Of a stretch of 64,000 nt of DNA, positions 23,589 through 33,342 are shown one piece after another. The stretch comes from a virus. A program made the position numbers and the translations under genes. Location: the IMG/VR virus record IMGVR_UViG_3300028045_000010, positions 1 through 64,000 of that record; one strand, written 5' to 3'. The notes below the pieces were generated by a model. That model saw only the letters and a program-made list of their open reading frames with translations, had not been told where the DNA came from and did no database searches. Numbering within the stretch: position 1 is the stretch's first letter; each line of letters starts with the position of its first letter.

Positions 23589-24107
23589 TTATTCTTTTTT
23601 CACTTTCCACATTGGAACAAATCCTGCATATCCTTCATCTATAACATTTGCCCAATGGTCAAGATATCCATCTGCTCCAAATTGTTGTTGGCCTGGAGCT
23701 CGGAACTCTTGTCTTTTTTCATTCCACTGTGCTATTCCACCAAATCTTGCAACATTTTTTGCACCTTCTTCACAATCGTACCAAGCTCCATCTTCTAACT
23801 CTTCTTTTGGAATTGCTTTTTTTAATAATTCCAAATCTCTCTCTCTAGTCCATTCGATACCTTTTATTCTCTCTTCACCGTTATACCTTTTTCTTTCATA
23901 CTCTAAGATTTTATCAATCTTATCTTTATCTTTTATATCCTTTTCAAGCTTTTCTCTTTTATTTTTCCAAAACTCTTCTTCTTCCCACTCAATATAAAGT
24001 TTTACTAGTTTTACAATTCTTTCATTTTGTTCTTTACCGTATCTAGCTCCATAATTTGCTTTTACTAATCTATCGTACCAATCTTTATATTTTCCTTTAA
24101 ATTCCAT
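23589..24107 (-). CDS. Hypothetical protein, first gene after the attenuator
   Basis: 172-aa charged, Trp-rich ORF. Confidence 0.7.
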   Translation of the reverse strand: MEFKGKYKDWYDRLVKANYGARYGKEQNERIVKLVKLYIEWEEEEFWKNKREKLEKDIKDKDKIDKILEYERKRYNGEERIKGIEWTRERDLELLKKAIPKEELEDGAWYDCEEGAKNVARFGGIAQWNEKRQEFRAPGQQQFGADGYLDHWANVIDEGYAGFVPMWKVKKE

Positions 24108-24125
24108 TTTTCAATTTTTAAGCAT

Positions 24126-24158
24126 AAAAAAACCCGAATCATTTTAAGTGATTCGGGT
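24126..24158 (-). terminator. Attenuator terminator
   Basis: ACCCGAATCA-cttaaaa-TGATTCGGGT followed by TTTTTT, 18 nt upstream of the 23589-24107 start. Confidence 0.85.
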
Positions 24159-24208
24159 GTGTATAACGTTAGTTATTTTATGCGCTTAACTTACATCATA
24201 GCACACCC
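24155..24208 (-). promoter_or_regulatory. Antiterminator stem overlapping the terminator 5' arm
   Basis: GGGUGUG(C)UAUGAUGUAAGUUA pairs with UAACUAACGUUAUACACACCC. Confidence 0.7.
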
Positions 24209-24308
24209 TTTTAAATCTTGATTTATTATCATCATGACTCATCGTTATGTTTCCAAAGACTTTCGAATTGGAACAATAATTTGCGATATGTGTACTTGTA
24301 AGTTGCAA
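24186..24308 (-). CDS. Putative leader peptide (40 aa from TTG, or 18 aa from ATG at 24242)
   Basis: MQLTSTHIANYCSNSKVFGNITMSHDDNKSRFKRVCYDVS; stop codon lies at the end of the antiterminator 5' arm. Confidence 0.6.
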   Translation of the reverse strand: MQLTSTHIANYCSNSKVFGNITMSHDDNKSRFKRVCYDVS

Positions 24309-24361
24309 AAGTTTTTAATTTTTATTATTACTAAATATATTCTATTTTTCTAAATCTGATA

Positions 24362-24369
24362 CAAATATA
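24362..24369 (-). promoter_or_regulatory. Bacteroidota-type -7 promoter TATATTTG for the leader/tRNA operon
   Basis: Perfect TAnnTTTG 53 nt upstream of the leader start. Confidence 0.65.
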
Positions 24370-24439
24370 AAATTTTATTTTTAATATTCAATAATTATAA
24401 CGTTTTATTTTTTGAAATGTTACAGTTTTTTAAAAAAAC

Positions 24440-24826
24440 TTATTCTATTGCTGAACTTTGTAATTTAGTTTCAGTTTTTTGTCCCAATTTATTTGGATAA
24501 GCCAATTCATCAAGAGATTTATGTGGGTCTAATATTCTTGCGTTACCATAATGAAGAGCTTCCATTGCCTCATGTCTTAAAATTAAATCTATTGCAAGCC
24601 ATGCAGTCATTACTATAAACTTTTCTGTTGAACCATCAGGAACAAACCATTCTCTCCCATACCCAGTTCCAACTACTCCAGTGTTTGTGTCTGGTCTTCT
24701 AAATGATAAAGCAAAAGTGTTTCCATATTTTCCCAAGCTTGTAACTCTCCAATTCCATCCCATATCTATACAGGATGGTGCCATTGAAATTTTTGATAAT
24801 ATCTTTTCTATATTTTCTTTTTTCAT
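24440..24826 (-). CDS. Hypothetical phage protein
   Basis: RPDT...GYGREW...LRHEAMEALHY...DPH; TATATTTG at 24831-24838. Confidence 0.7.
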   Translation of the reverse strand: MKKENIEKILSKISMAPSCIDMGWNWRVTSLGKYGNTFALSFRRPDTNTGVVGTGYGREWFVPDGSTEKFIVMTAWLAIDLILRHEAMEALHYGNARILDPHKSLDELAYPNKLGQKTETKLQSSAIE

Positions 24827-24877
24827 AATGCAAATATAATAAAAATTTGAATATTTATTAGAATAAACATATTTTTA

Positions 24878-25360
24878 ATGAATAAAAGAGATTTAATACA
24901 TCTAGTTAAAGAAATTATACAAGAGGCCTATGGTAATGTTGAAGAAGCTGGCGGGAGTCATTCTGATGCCAAAGATATGAGAAAAGCTGTTAAGTGGATT
25001 GAAAACAACTTAGAAGGAATTAGAATAGAAGACGTTAAGGATGGCCAAAAAATATGCCCACCAAAAGAAAGGTCTTCAGAATGTTATACAATACACAAGG
25101 GAGGTAAGGGAAGATTTGATTTGTATAGATTTTTATCAAAAGCATATGAAGTAAGTAAGCATGAAATAGAGAATGCTATAAGTTCAAATAGACCTCTTAA
25201 TTTATTGGGTATAAGTTTGCCTAAAATAAAATTAGGAAAAAAAATATGGATTATAGATGCAGAAAATGAAGAGATAATTCTTGATAGAAATAAAAAAAAT
25301 AGAATGTCATTTTATGATTTAGATGACAAGGTGTTGGATGATATTATTGAATTAATATAA
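24878..25360 (+). CDS. Putative late/head protein
   Basis: DLIHLVKEIIQEA N-terminus; TATTTAT at 24852-24858. Confidence 0.65.
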   Translation: MNKRDLIHLVKEIIQEAYGNVEEAGGSHSDAKDMRKAVKWIENNLEGIRIEDVKDGQKICPPKERSSECYTIHKGGKGRFDLYRFLSKAYEVSKHEIENAISSNRPLNLLGISLPKIKLGKKIWIIDAENEEIILDRNKKNRMSFYDLDDKVLDDIIELI

Positions 25361-25416
25361 ACTAACATTAACATCAAATAGGCACACTTAAATGTTGATA
25401 GATTTGAGCGGACTTA

Positions 25417-27312
25417 TTAGTTATATAACAAATTCACCAAGTTACTAAATATATTTCCGTCTTTAACTTCAACATGTTGTTCAAATTCTTTTCCATCTAA
25501 AACTTTAGAAAGTATAGATGATTTTTGATTTAAAAGATTATCTATATCTTCATCAATGGTATCTTGACATATTAATCTTATTATTTGAATTTTATCTGAA
25601 GCTGAAGATGCTCTATGTATTCTATCTTCCGCCTGCTCTCTGTCAGCTGAAGTCCAAGGTTGGTCTATAAATATAGCTATACTAGCAGAAGTTAGCGTAA
25701 TACCAACTCCAGCAGCTCCTATAGTTCCAGAAAAAACTTTTATTTTTTCATTATCCATAAAATCTTCAACAGCTTTGTTTTTTTGTTCTATATTTTTATC
25801 TCCATTAAAAATAACTGAAACGTCTTTAAACTGTTCTGCGATATCATATGAAACTTTTTTATATTGACTAAAAACAACGACCTTTTCACCTCCATCAACT
25901 ATGTCTTTTATAAAATCAAATGCTCTTTTCATTTTTAGTTCAGAAGTAAATTGTTTAAGCTTTTGTATTCTAGTTAAATGATTCATTCTATTATCTGAAT
26001 CCAATTCATCTTTACTTCTATCTTCTTTGATTCCTTTTTTTATTTTATTATACTCTCTCACTTCTATGTCTGAAAGTTCTATCGGAATAGATGTGTATGT
26101 TTTTGGTGGCAACTGTTTTAATATGTCTTTTTTTAACCTCCTTAAGAAGAATGGTGAGATTTTTTCAAATAACTCATCTAAATTAGAGGCTCCACTATAA
26201 TCCCATCCAAAATTATTTTTTTCTGCTGCACAATATTTTACTCCAAAAGAATGTTGATTAGTCCACTCTTCTGGGTACATGAAGTTTAATAAAGAAAAAA
26301 ATTCATATGGTCTACTTTTTATAGCAGTACCAGTCAACAGAAGTCTTTGTGGTATATTTTTTAATACTTTTTTTACTATTTTTGTTCTATCTGCAGAGTT
26401 ATTTTTTATATAATGAGCTTCATCCATTATTAATATCTCATAATCTTCTGGGATTAATTTGGTTCCTAATTTATCTTCTGTAAAAACAATATCTTTAGTT
26501 ACTCTAGAATTTACTACAGCTCTTACTCCGCAATTAGGACAAACTTTATTTTTATATCTTTTTTTGTCATTTTTCTCTTTCCATCCACAAAAAACATTTT
26601 TACAAGTATGTGACATAATTAGTTTTATATATGAATCTAAAGAACTGTAGCTTATAATATGAAACAGAGACTCTTCTTTGCTGTAATTAACCTTACCAGA
26701 CTTTTTAGTTGGCTTCCACTTGTATACAAAAGCTTTTTCGTTTGTAAATTTTAATATTTCACTTCTCCAATTCAGCCTTAAGTTGGCTGGGCATATTATT
26801 ATAGTTTTTTTATTTTTCCAACAAGAATAAGTCATTGCTGCTGCCGTTTTCCCTACTCCTGGCTGGTCTCCTAGCAAAGCTCTTCCTCCACAAGCATCAA
26901 AGAATATAGCGGCTTGCTTTTGATATTCGTAAGGCTCCTTTTTCATAAAAGAAAAATCTACATGAGAGGTTTTTATGTTTTTAGACTTTAAATAAAGAGA
27001 TTCAACAAGCCTTTGTTGCCTTTCTGTAAACTCTCTCTTAAGCTCTTCGACTTCTTCGTCTGATAAGTTGGTAAAACTAAATGGAATTCCATTATCTTTT
27101 ATGAAAGATATTACTTTACCTATATAGTTTTTAGAAACTAGTCTATACCAGTCTTCATATGAAGATTCGTCTGGATTTTGTATACGGTCTACCTTGACTT
27201 GCCTTTGCTCTTCGGGAAATCCTTTTATAAAATCACTTAATTTTTTTCTGTAATTATATTTTATTTTATAATTACTCTTCAACTTTGTGATTATAACCTT
27301 GTTGTTTGACAT
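25417..27312 (-). CDS. SNF2-family (SMARCAL1/HARP-like) helicase
   Basis: LGDQPGVGKT, DEAHYIK, LLTGT, LRRLK, GVGITLT and QAEDRIHR motifs. Confidence 0.92.
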   Translation of the reverse strand: MSNNKVIITKLKSNYKIKYNYRKKLSDFIKGFPEEQRQVKVDRIQNPDESSYEDWYRLVSKNYIGKVISFIKDNGIPFSFTNLSDEEVEELKREFTERQQRLVESLYLKSKNIKTSHVDFSFMKKEPYEYQKQAAIFFDACGGRALLGDQPGVGKTAAAMTYSCWKNKKTIIICPANLRLNWRSEILKFTNEKAFVYKWKPTKKSGKVNYSKEESLFHIISYSSLDSYIKLIMSHTCKNVFCGWKEKNDKKRYKNKVCPNCGVRAVVNSRVTKDIVFTEDKLGTKLIPEDYEILIMDEAHYIKNNSADRTKIVKKVLKNIPQRLLLTGTAIKSRPYEFFSLLNFMYPEEWTNQHSFGVKYCAAEKNNFGWDYSGASNLDELFEKISPFFLRRLKKDILKQLPPKTYTSIPIELSDIEVREYNKIKKGIKEDRSKDELDSDNRMNHLTRIQKLKQFTSELKMKRAFDFIKDIVDGGEKVVVFSQYKKVSYDIAEQFKDVSVIFNGDKNIEQKNKAVEDFMDNEKIKVFSGTIGAAGVGITLTSASIAIFIDQPWTSADREQAEDRIHRASSASDKIQIIRLICQDTIDEDIDNLLNQKSSILSKVLDGKEFEQHVEVKDGNIFSNLVNLLYN

Positions 27313-27374
27313 AATAATTGCAATTTAAGTTAAAAAAATAAAAAAAGCTAATATTTATTATAAAATGTTTCAAA

Positions 27375-27803
27375 ATGAAAGTAACTAAATCTCAACTTAA
27401 AAATCTTATAAAAGAATCTATAAAGACTCACATTAAAAAAGAGGGCTTAAAAAATAGACTAAATACCATTAGCGAAGAGTTAAATAAGTTAAATGAAGAT
27501 GAAGAGATGGAAGTTATGACACCAGAAGTTTCAGAATCTTCAGAAACTATTTTTGATGCCAAACCTGGTGAGATATTAATATTAAACTTTGAAGGAAGAA
27601 CTTTGAAGCTTAGAAGAGTTTGGGATGCTTTATTTCTTGTTACGGATGGATTTGAAAGTACTCATTTAAATACTGGTGACTATGTAGAGTTGCAGGGAAA
27701 TCCAGACTTAACACATGGTAGAGAATATACTTTTAAAGTTTACAAACCAACAAGAGACGTTGAAAGTAGTGCTTTACAGAGTTGGAAAATAGCTAAGAAT
27801 TAG
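27375..27803 (+). CDS. Putative late/head protein
   Basis: MKVTKSQLKNLIKES N-terminus; TATTTAT at 27352-27358. Confidence 0.7.
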   Translation: MKVTKSQLKNLIKESIKTHIKKEGLKNRLNTISEELNKLNEDEEMEVMTPEVSESSETIFDAKPGEILILNFEGRTLKLRRVWDALFLVTDGFESTHLNTGDYVELQGNPDLTHGREYTFKVYKPTRDVESSALQSWKIAKN

Positions 27804-27874
27804 TATTGTTTTTCTACAATTACAGTCCTATATAGGTAAAATAAAGAGCAATAACCTATTGTTTATTGCTTATA

Positions 27875-28402
27875 TTAACTTAAACCAGCTAATTTCTTCA
27901 TTCTTTCACTGCTTTCTTTTATGATTTTTTCTCTTCCTGATTTTATTATAGATTCAGATATTGGACCCTCTTCCTCTTCGGTACCTCCTTCTATCTCTTC
28001 TTCAGCATCTCCTAATTCACCAGTCTCATTAGAAACAAGTTCTTCGCCTCCTAATTCTGAACTTCCATCTTCATCTGCTGTGATGTATTTATTTAAATTT
28101 TCATACCAAATATTATAAACATTATTTATCATATTTATAATATTTTGATTTTCATCATTTACTTGAAATATAGATTCCAAAACTTTAAATCCATTAATTA
28201 AAGAAAATGACCACTTAACAAAATAATCTTTTTCTAAAACAACCTGACCTGACCAAAAAGCATCTTTAACAGGGTTGTCCCACGCTTTAAATGTTTCTTC
28301 ACCATTTTCATCCTTGTCAAAAATAACGGTATATTTTCCTATTTTTTCTTCGAATTGTTTTTTTAATTCATTTATTTCCGCTTGTGTTATCTGTGCTGCC
28401 AT
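27875..28402 (-). CDS. Putative late/head protein
   Basis: C-terminal ESSERMKKLAGLS; start placed at MAAQIT. Confidence 0.65.
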   Translation of the reverse strand: MAAQITQAEINELKKQFEEKIGKYTVIFDKDENGEETFKAWDNPVKDAFWSGQVVLEKDYFVKWSFSLINGFKVLESIFQVNDENQNIINMINNVYNIWYENLNKYITADEDGSSELGGEELVSNETGELGDAEEEIEGGTEEEEGPISESIIKSGREKIIKESSERMKKLAGLS

Positions 28403-28403
28403 T

Positions 28404-28613
28404 TTATTTAAATTTTGATTTTGTTCCAAACAATATTTCATCTAACTCATCTTCTGATAGGCCACTTTGTCTCATAGGCTTTTCTGATAAGCTCTTTTGT
28501 TTAATAGGCTTTTCATCTTCTTTAGCTTTTTCTTCTAACTCTTTTAAGGGTTCATTTGAAAATACTTTTGAAACTTCAATGTCTATTAATTTTTCTAAAT
28601 CTGTTTTATTCAT
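28404..28613 (-). CDS. Small putative head protein
   Basis: MNKTDLEKLIDIEV N-terminus. Confidence 0.6.
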   Translation of the reverse strand: MNKTDLEKLIDIEVSKVFSNEPLKELEEKAKEDEKPIKQKSLSEKPMRQSGLSEDELDEILFGTKSKFK

Positions 28614-28614
28614 C

Positions 28615-28818
28615 TTAAATATTATTTACCCAAAAACTTTTTTTCTCCCAAAAAAACTTATATTGCTTAATCATCATATCTCTTACAATATCTCTAACAT
28701 CATCTTTATCTAGTGTTTTTTTCATAGCTTTTTCTATCTCATCTTTAACTATTTTTTTCACCTGAGTTTTAGTTAGTTCCTTTCCAGAAGATTCTGATAT
28801 AACAATAAATTCTTTCAT
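28615..28818 (-). CDS. Small putative head protein
   Basis: LTKTQVKKIVKDEI; start placed at MKEFI after TATTTAT at 28824-28830. Confidence 0.6.
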   Translation of the reverse strand: MKEFIVISESSGKELTKTQVKKIVKDEIEKAMKKTLDKDDVRDIVRDMMIKQYKFFWEKKSFWVNNI

Positions 28819-28854
28819 ATATAATAAATATGAAATAAAAAAAAGAAGTAACAA

Positions 28855-30066
28855 TTAAAGGTTAATTAGCATTTCCACTAACATAGGACAGGGATACATA
28901 TCAAATTTGTCTTTTCTTACACTTGTATGAGAGTATAATCCTTTTATTTTGCCATAATAAGCGTCTTCATTAAAGTCGAAAGCATCTTTAGGGCTCATTC
29001 CATCTTTTAATAGTTTTGGAATACCTGCAGTCATATCTATTTTTGGATATATTTTTGCAACATGCTTTATTAGCAATCTTAAAGACTCTATTTGCTCTGG
29101 AGTGTATGCGTGCCAATATTGATGCCCTCTAAATTCATAACCTAAATCACAAACCATATTTTCTGGGACTTCGCTATTAACATAAGTATAATATTTACCA
29201 TTTTTCTTAGTTACATACCCAAAATTATTAACCTCTACAGCCGAAGAGTATTTAGACATATTAAAATTACCAACTTTACCTAGATGCCAACCGATATAAT
29301 TATCAGGAAAGCACTCCACAACTTGTCCATTGTACTTGTCATCACCGTAACTTCCTATTTTAATACTTGTGCCACCAATACAATATTGTGTCGCTACACG
29401 CCCTCTATCATCCTTATTCCAACTGTTAATGGTATTATAAGGGTTATTCCACCCAGCAGTATGGTGAATAAAGAAATTCTCTGGTTGTATCTCTCCATAA
29501 TCTTTAACATATTCATCTCCATCTAAATAAGCTCTATCTATTTCTAGCCCATCTTCTGTGGTATAAGAACCTAAATAATTTAACTTATCATCCCTATCGT
29601 CAGAATCGTCAAATCCAGTTCTATCTGTATCTATATCTTCATCATTATCAAAATCAATACCCATAGTCTCATTTACCAATGTTTCATATGTTTTTGACCC
29701 TACAATACCATCTGATACCAATCCTTTATCTGACTGAAATTTCTTTACTGATGATTCTGTGCCAGAACCGAATATTCCATCATCATTAATTCCTAACATT
29801 TGTTGCACTTCCTTAACTTGTGAACCACTATCTCCTTTTTTTAACATAATATTATATTTTACACCGTCTATTAAATAGCTGTAAGTTGTATCTCCAACTA
29901 AGCCGTCTACTGTTGTTTTTTTTGCTGATTGGAAATTCTTAACTGCTGTTTCAGTTATGTCTCCAAAGTAATCTGTAATCGTGTGATATGTCCAAAAGCC
30001 ATTACTATCTAATAGTGACTGTAACTCTTTTACATCTGAACCGCTATCTCCATTTTTTAGTAACAC
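28855..30066 (-). CDS. Endolysin: two peptidoglycan-binding domains plus N-acetylmuramoyl-L-alanine amidase (Amidase_2)
   Basis: LKNGDSGSDVKELQ...AVKNFQ...DGLVG module twice; FIHHTAG, VEVNNFG and SHTSVRKDKFD zinc amidase motifs. Confidence 0.9.
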   Translation of the reverse strand: MLLKNGDSGSDVKELQSLLDSNGFWTYHTITDYFGDITETAVKNFQSAKKTTVDGLVGDTTYSYLIDGVKYNIMLKKGDSGSQVKEVQQMLGINDDGIFGSGTESSVKKFQSDKGLVSDGIVGSKTYETLVNETMGIDFDNDEDIDTDRTGFDDSDDRDDKLNYLGSYTTEDGLEIDRAYLDGDEYVKDYGEIQPENFFIHHTAGWNNPYNTINSWNKDDRGRVATQYCIGGTSIKIGSYGDDKYNGQVVECFPDNYIGWHLGKVGNFNMSKYSSAVEVNNFGYVTKKNGKYYTYVNSEVPENMVCDLGYEFRGHQYWHAYTPEQIESLRLLIKHVAKIYPKIDMTAGIPKLLKDGMSPKDAFDFNEDAYYGKIKGLYSHTSVRKDKFDMYPCPMLVEMLINL

Positions 30067-30067
30067 T

Positions 30068-30493
30068 TTATCTTAAGTTTTTATTTATTTTATTAATACC
30101 AGCCATTCCTTTTAATTTATCTTTATATCCTTCAAAAATTTTACCATCAGAAATCATTGATGAATCACACTTAACAATAAATTCAGATAATTCTTTTGTA
30201 AAATCTTCTAAATTATTTTTTTTGAAATCTTCAATAAAATCATAGTTATTTACTCCACTAGAAAGCTCGTTAATGAATGTGCTTGTTTTACAGTCATTTG
30301 TAGCGTAAAAAGAAGCTTCATTTAATGTGTTTTCTTTATTTTTAATAAAAGTAAAATTAATTCTACTTTCATTTAAGTGGCCTGTTAATATGTATTTATC
30401 GTTAGAAAAACTGTCTTTATATGACATCTCAACAGTAATAAATGGCTTATCTTTTACTATTTCAGTCTTTATGTTGTATTTAGATTTTCTCAT
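30068..30493 (-). CDS. Hypothetical late protein
   Basis: C-terminal EGYKDKLKGMAGI motif. Confidence 0.6.
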   Translation of the reverse strand: MRKSKYNIKTEIVKDKPFITVEMSYKDSFSNDKYILTGHLNESRINFTFIKNKENTLNEASFYATNDCKTSTFINELSSGVNNYDFIEDFKKNNLEDFTKELSEFIVKCDSSMISDGKIFEGYKDKLKGMAGINKINKNLR

Positions 30494-31188
30494 TATTTAT
30501 CTAATGTTAATTTGTAAATTTTTCCACCTATCTTCACTTTATTTTTTGCTACTATTTCAGCTTTTTTAACATTTTTACTTTCTACTATTAATCCTCCACT
30601 TGATTTTGACATTTCTAATAAAACAGATTTTATCATTTTTTTAGAAATGGATTTTGATATATTTGTTATTTTTTCATTCAATTCAGCTTCAGTCAAATTA
30701 ATACTAACAACTTTTTCATTATTAAGACTAACATCTTGAGACTCTTCTTGCTTTTGTTTAAGTCTAGCTTGTAATATAGATTTTGTATCAAGATTTGACG
30801 GTCCAAAATTCTCAATTTCAGAACTTTGTGAATAATTACTAGCTTTAATAGAATCTCCATACATAATGTCGTCAATCATAGATGCTTCAGAATTAGATTT
30901 TGGGGCAAAAGAATTTAACTTAGGTGCATTTTTAGATTTTTCATTAGGACTTTTACCAACTTTAGGTACAGGTATTGCAACTGGTCCTGTTGATGTTTTT
31001 TCAGATTTTTCTATAAATTTTGCAAAACTATTCTTTAATCCACCATTTCTTATTTCATCAATTCTACTGCTCTTTTCTGGGTCATTTGATTTAGATTTTG
31101 GATTTACTATAGGCTTCATTGGAACTGGTATTCCCATACCTTTAAATCTGTCCAACATTTCTTTTTTACTATTTCCTTTTTCACTCAT
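30493..31188 (-). CDS. Hypothetical (putative late) protein
   Basis: 231-aa ORF; INLTEAEL, ISKKMIKSVLLE. Confidence 0.65.
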   Translation of the reverse strand: MSEKGNSKKEMLDRFKGMGIPVPMKPIVNPKSKSNDPEKSSRIDEIRNGGLKNSFAKFIEKSEKTSTGPVAIPVPKVGKSPNEKSKNAPKLNSFAPKSNSEASMIDDIMYGDSIKASNYSQSSEIENFGPSNLDTKSILQARLKQKQEESQDVSLNNEKVVSINLTEAELNEKITNISKSISKKMIKSVLLEMSKSSGGLIVESKNVKKAEIVAKNKVKIGGKIYKLTLDK

Positions 31189-31200
31189 AACAATTATTTT

Positions 31201-31641
31201 TTAATATAAATCTTCTTCTGTATTTATATTTTCAATTTCTTCTTTAATAATAATTTCACCTTCTCCCCCACTTTCACTCTCGCCCTCAAAAACGCTCTCT
31301 TCTAGATTGTCATTTTCATTAGTTATTAAAGTAACATCCTTAACTATCCAACCATAAATAGTCTCAATCTTATTATTATTGATTAAGTTTTCAAATATTT
31401 CTATTTCCGAATCATACATATAAGCTTTTAGGGTTAATATAGGTCCCATTCTTCCATATTTTCTAAATTTTATTTTTTTATTAATATTGTCAAACATTAT
31501 ATTTTTAAATTCTATATAACTCTGTTGCTCAAGTTCTTGATATGTTATATTGTACCCATAAAATTCTTCAAATTCATTTGAGGAACCTTTATAAGCAAGG
31601 TCTATTAATATTTTTTTTGTATTTTTTCTATCTGGTTTCAT
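31201..31641 (-). CDS. Hypothetical protein
   Basis: 146-aa ORF in a co-oriented run. Confidence 0.6.
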   Translation of the reverse strand: MKPDRKNTKKILIDLAYKGSSNEFEEFYGYNITYQELEQQSYIEFKNIMFDNINKKIKFRKYGRMGPILTLKAYMYDSEIEIFENLINNNKIETIYGWIVKDVTLITNENDNLEESVFEGESESGGEGEIIIKEEIENINTEEDLY

Positions 31642-31918
31642 ATAATAATATTTCTACTTTTTCATTTTCCACATCCCACCAAGCGTAAAATTTTGGATAT
31701 ATATTTTTTTCATTTATAAAAAATGCACTTATTTCCTTTTCTATTTTTATTTTTTCAAATCTTTTTTCTAAACTTTTCTTTTCATTTAATATAAAAATAT
31801 CTTTTGTTTCAATTTCTTCCAATTCTTTTTTAGAATTAAAAAACTCTTTCTTTAAATCCTTTTTTATATTATAAGAAAATTCTTTTTGATTTTTTATTAT
31901 TTCAACTCTAGAGTGCAT
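31628..31918 (-). CDS. Hypothetical protein
   Basis: 96-aa ORF overlapping the next gene. Confidence 0.55.
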   Translation of the reverse strand: MHSRVEIIKNQKEFSYNIKKDLKKEFFNSKKELEEIETKDIFILNEKKSLEKRFEKIKIEKEISAFFINEKNIYPKFYAWWDVENEKVEILLYETR

Positions 31919-31994
31919 TTGTATTACAATTTAATTTAATAATGATAAAAGTAAAGTTTATTAATATTTATATTAAACATATAAATTAAATAGT

Positions 31995-32387
31995 TTGAAT
32001 TTATCTGAAACATACAAAGTTAGACTTAAGGGATTGGCTGGTATTTTAGAAGAAAAAAAATCTAAAATAGAATACGAATATCAAGTCAGAGATATTGGTG
32101 GCGATGTTTATTATAAAAGAAAAAACAACTCTAAAGAATGGGAATTTACAAATGAGTTAGATTTTTTTAAAAACTCTAAAAAATCAAATGTTGTAAAATG
32201 GGAAAAATTAAAAGATAAAAATGCACCAAAAATAAGGCAAATAGAGGTGGAACAAGATTTAAATTATAAAAAATATCCATTAGAAACTTATAAGAGATAT
32301 TTAGAAAATATATGTCCTTCTAACTTTAATATAGAAATAAAAGATGGTTACATTAAAATTTTTGACAAAATAAATGAAAGAAATTAG
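31995..32387 (+). CDS. Putative late/head protein
   Basis: LSETYKVRLKGLAGILEE N-terminus; TATTTAT at 31965-31971. Confidence 0.65.
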   Translation: MNLSETYKVRLKGLAGILEEKKSKIEYEYQVRDIGGDVYYKRKNNSKEWEFTNELDFFKNSKKSNVVKWEKLKDKNAPKIRQIEVEQDLNYKKYPLETYKRYLENICPSNFNIEIKDGYIKIFDKINERN

Positions 32388-32685
32388 AAAAATAATAAGA
32401 GAAGTATTGAGTGAAGTTTTCATTAAGGAAAATGTTGGCCCTGGACTAGGTGGCTCAGCTAAGGCTTCAACTATATATACAGATATATTTGATAGATTAT
32501 TCCAAAACCCAGACTTTAATAAAGAGTATGACCCAGATAATGGAGTCTTTTGGTTTGATGATGATTATGAAAATAATGTTGGAAATATATTAACTCCTAG
32601 TAATATAACGAAAAAATCAAAAGGTTATAGAAAAATGAAAAAGTTGCAAAATTGGAAAAACTTTAAAGGAAACGCAAGACTATAA
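32374..32685 (+). CDS. Putative late/head protein
   Basis: MKEIRKIIREVLSE N-terminus. Confidence 0.7.
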   Translation: MKEIRKIIREVLSEVFIKENVGPGLGGSAKASTIYTDIFDRLFQNPDFNKEYDPDNGVFWFDDDYENNVGNILTPSNITKKSKGYRKMKKLQNWKNFKGNARL

Positions 32686-32721
32686 GTATATTATTAAACT
32701 ATTTATATTAAAATTTATATT

Positions 32722-33342
32722 TTGAAAAACTTTATTAAAAAAATACTTTTATCTGAGCTTTATGAAACTGGCATAATGAAAAAGTCTAACACTTTAATTA
32801 GTGATAACTTAAAATATCATTTAGACAACAAAATAAGTATATGTAATAGCGTTTTTAGATATTCTTCAAAAAGTCATTTAGATATAATTAATGAAGTAAG
32901 AGATTTATTTAATAAAGAACTTATTTATTTATGCAAAAATGATGAAGAGATAATCAATTCTGATGCTGGTCAATTTGGTATATATGAAAATAAAACAGTT
33001 TTTTTAGAACTACCATTCCCAGAGTTTGAAGAAAGTATTAATGAAGCAAAGTATAAGGGTAAAGACGTAAAGTTAGGAAAGCCAAAAAGAGGAGGTTCTA
33101 AAAAGTTTTATGTTTATGTTAAAAACCCTAAAACAAAAAAAGTAATTAAAGTTTCTTTTGGAGCTAAAGATGGAGGTGGTAATCTGGCCGTGAAACTTAA
33201 AGACCCAAAGGCAAGAAAAAGGTTTGCTGATAGACATAAGTGTGAAACTAAAAACGACAAAACAACACCAGGGTACTGGTCTTGTAGGTTGCCAAGATAT
33301 GCAAAAATGCTAGGCTTAAGTGGTGGTGGAAAATGGTGGTAA
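32722..33342 (+). CDS. Conserved-looking phage protein with basic C-terminal Cys/His domain
   Basis: KKFYVYVKNPK...KVSFG...RKRFADRHKC...PGYWSC. Confidence 0.75.
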   Translation: MKNFIKKILLSELYETGIMKKSNTLISDNLKYHLDNKISICNSVFRYSSKSHLDIINEVRDLFNKELIYLCKNDEEIINSDAGQFGIYENKTVFLELPFPEFEESINEAKYKGKDVKLGKPKRGGSKKFYVYVKNPKTKKVIKVSFGAKDGGGNLAVKLKDPKARKRFADRHKCETKNDKTTPGYWSCRLPRYAKMLGLSGGGKWW

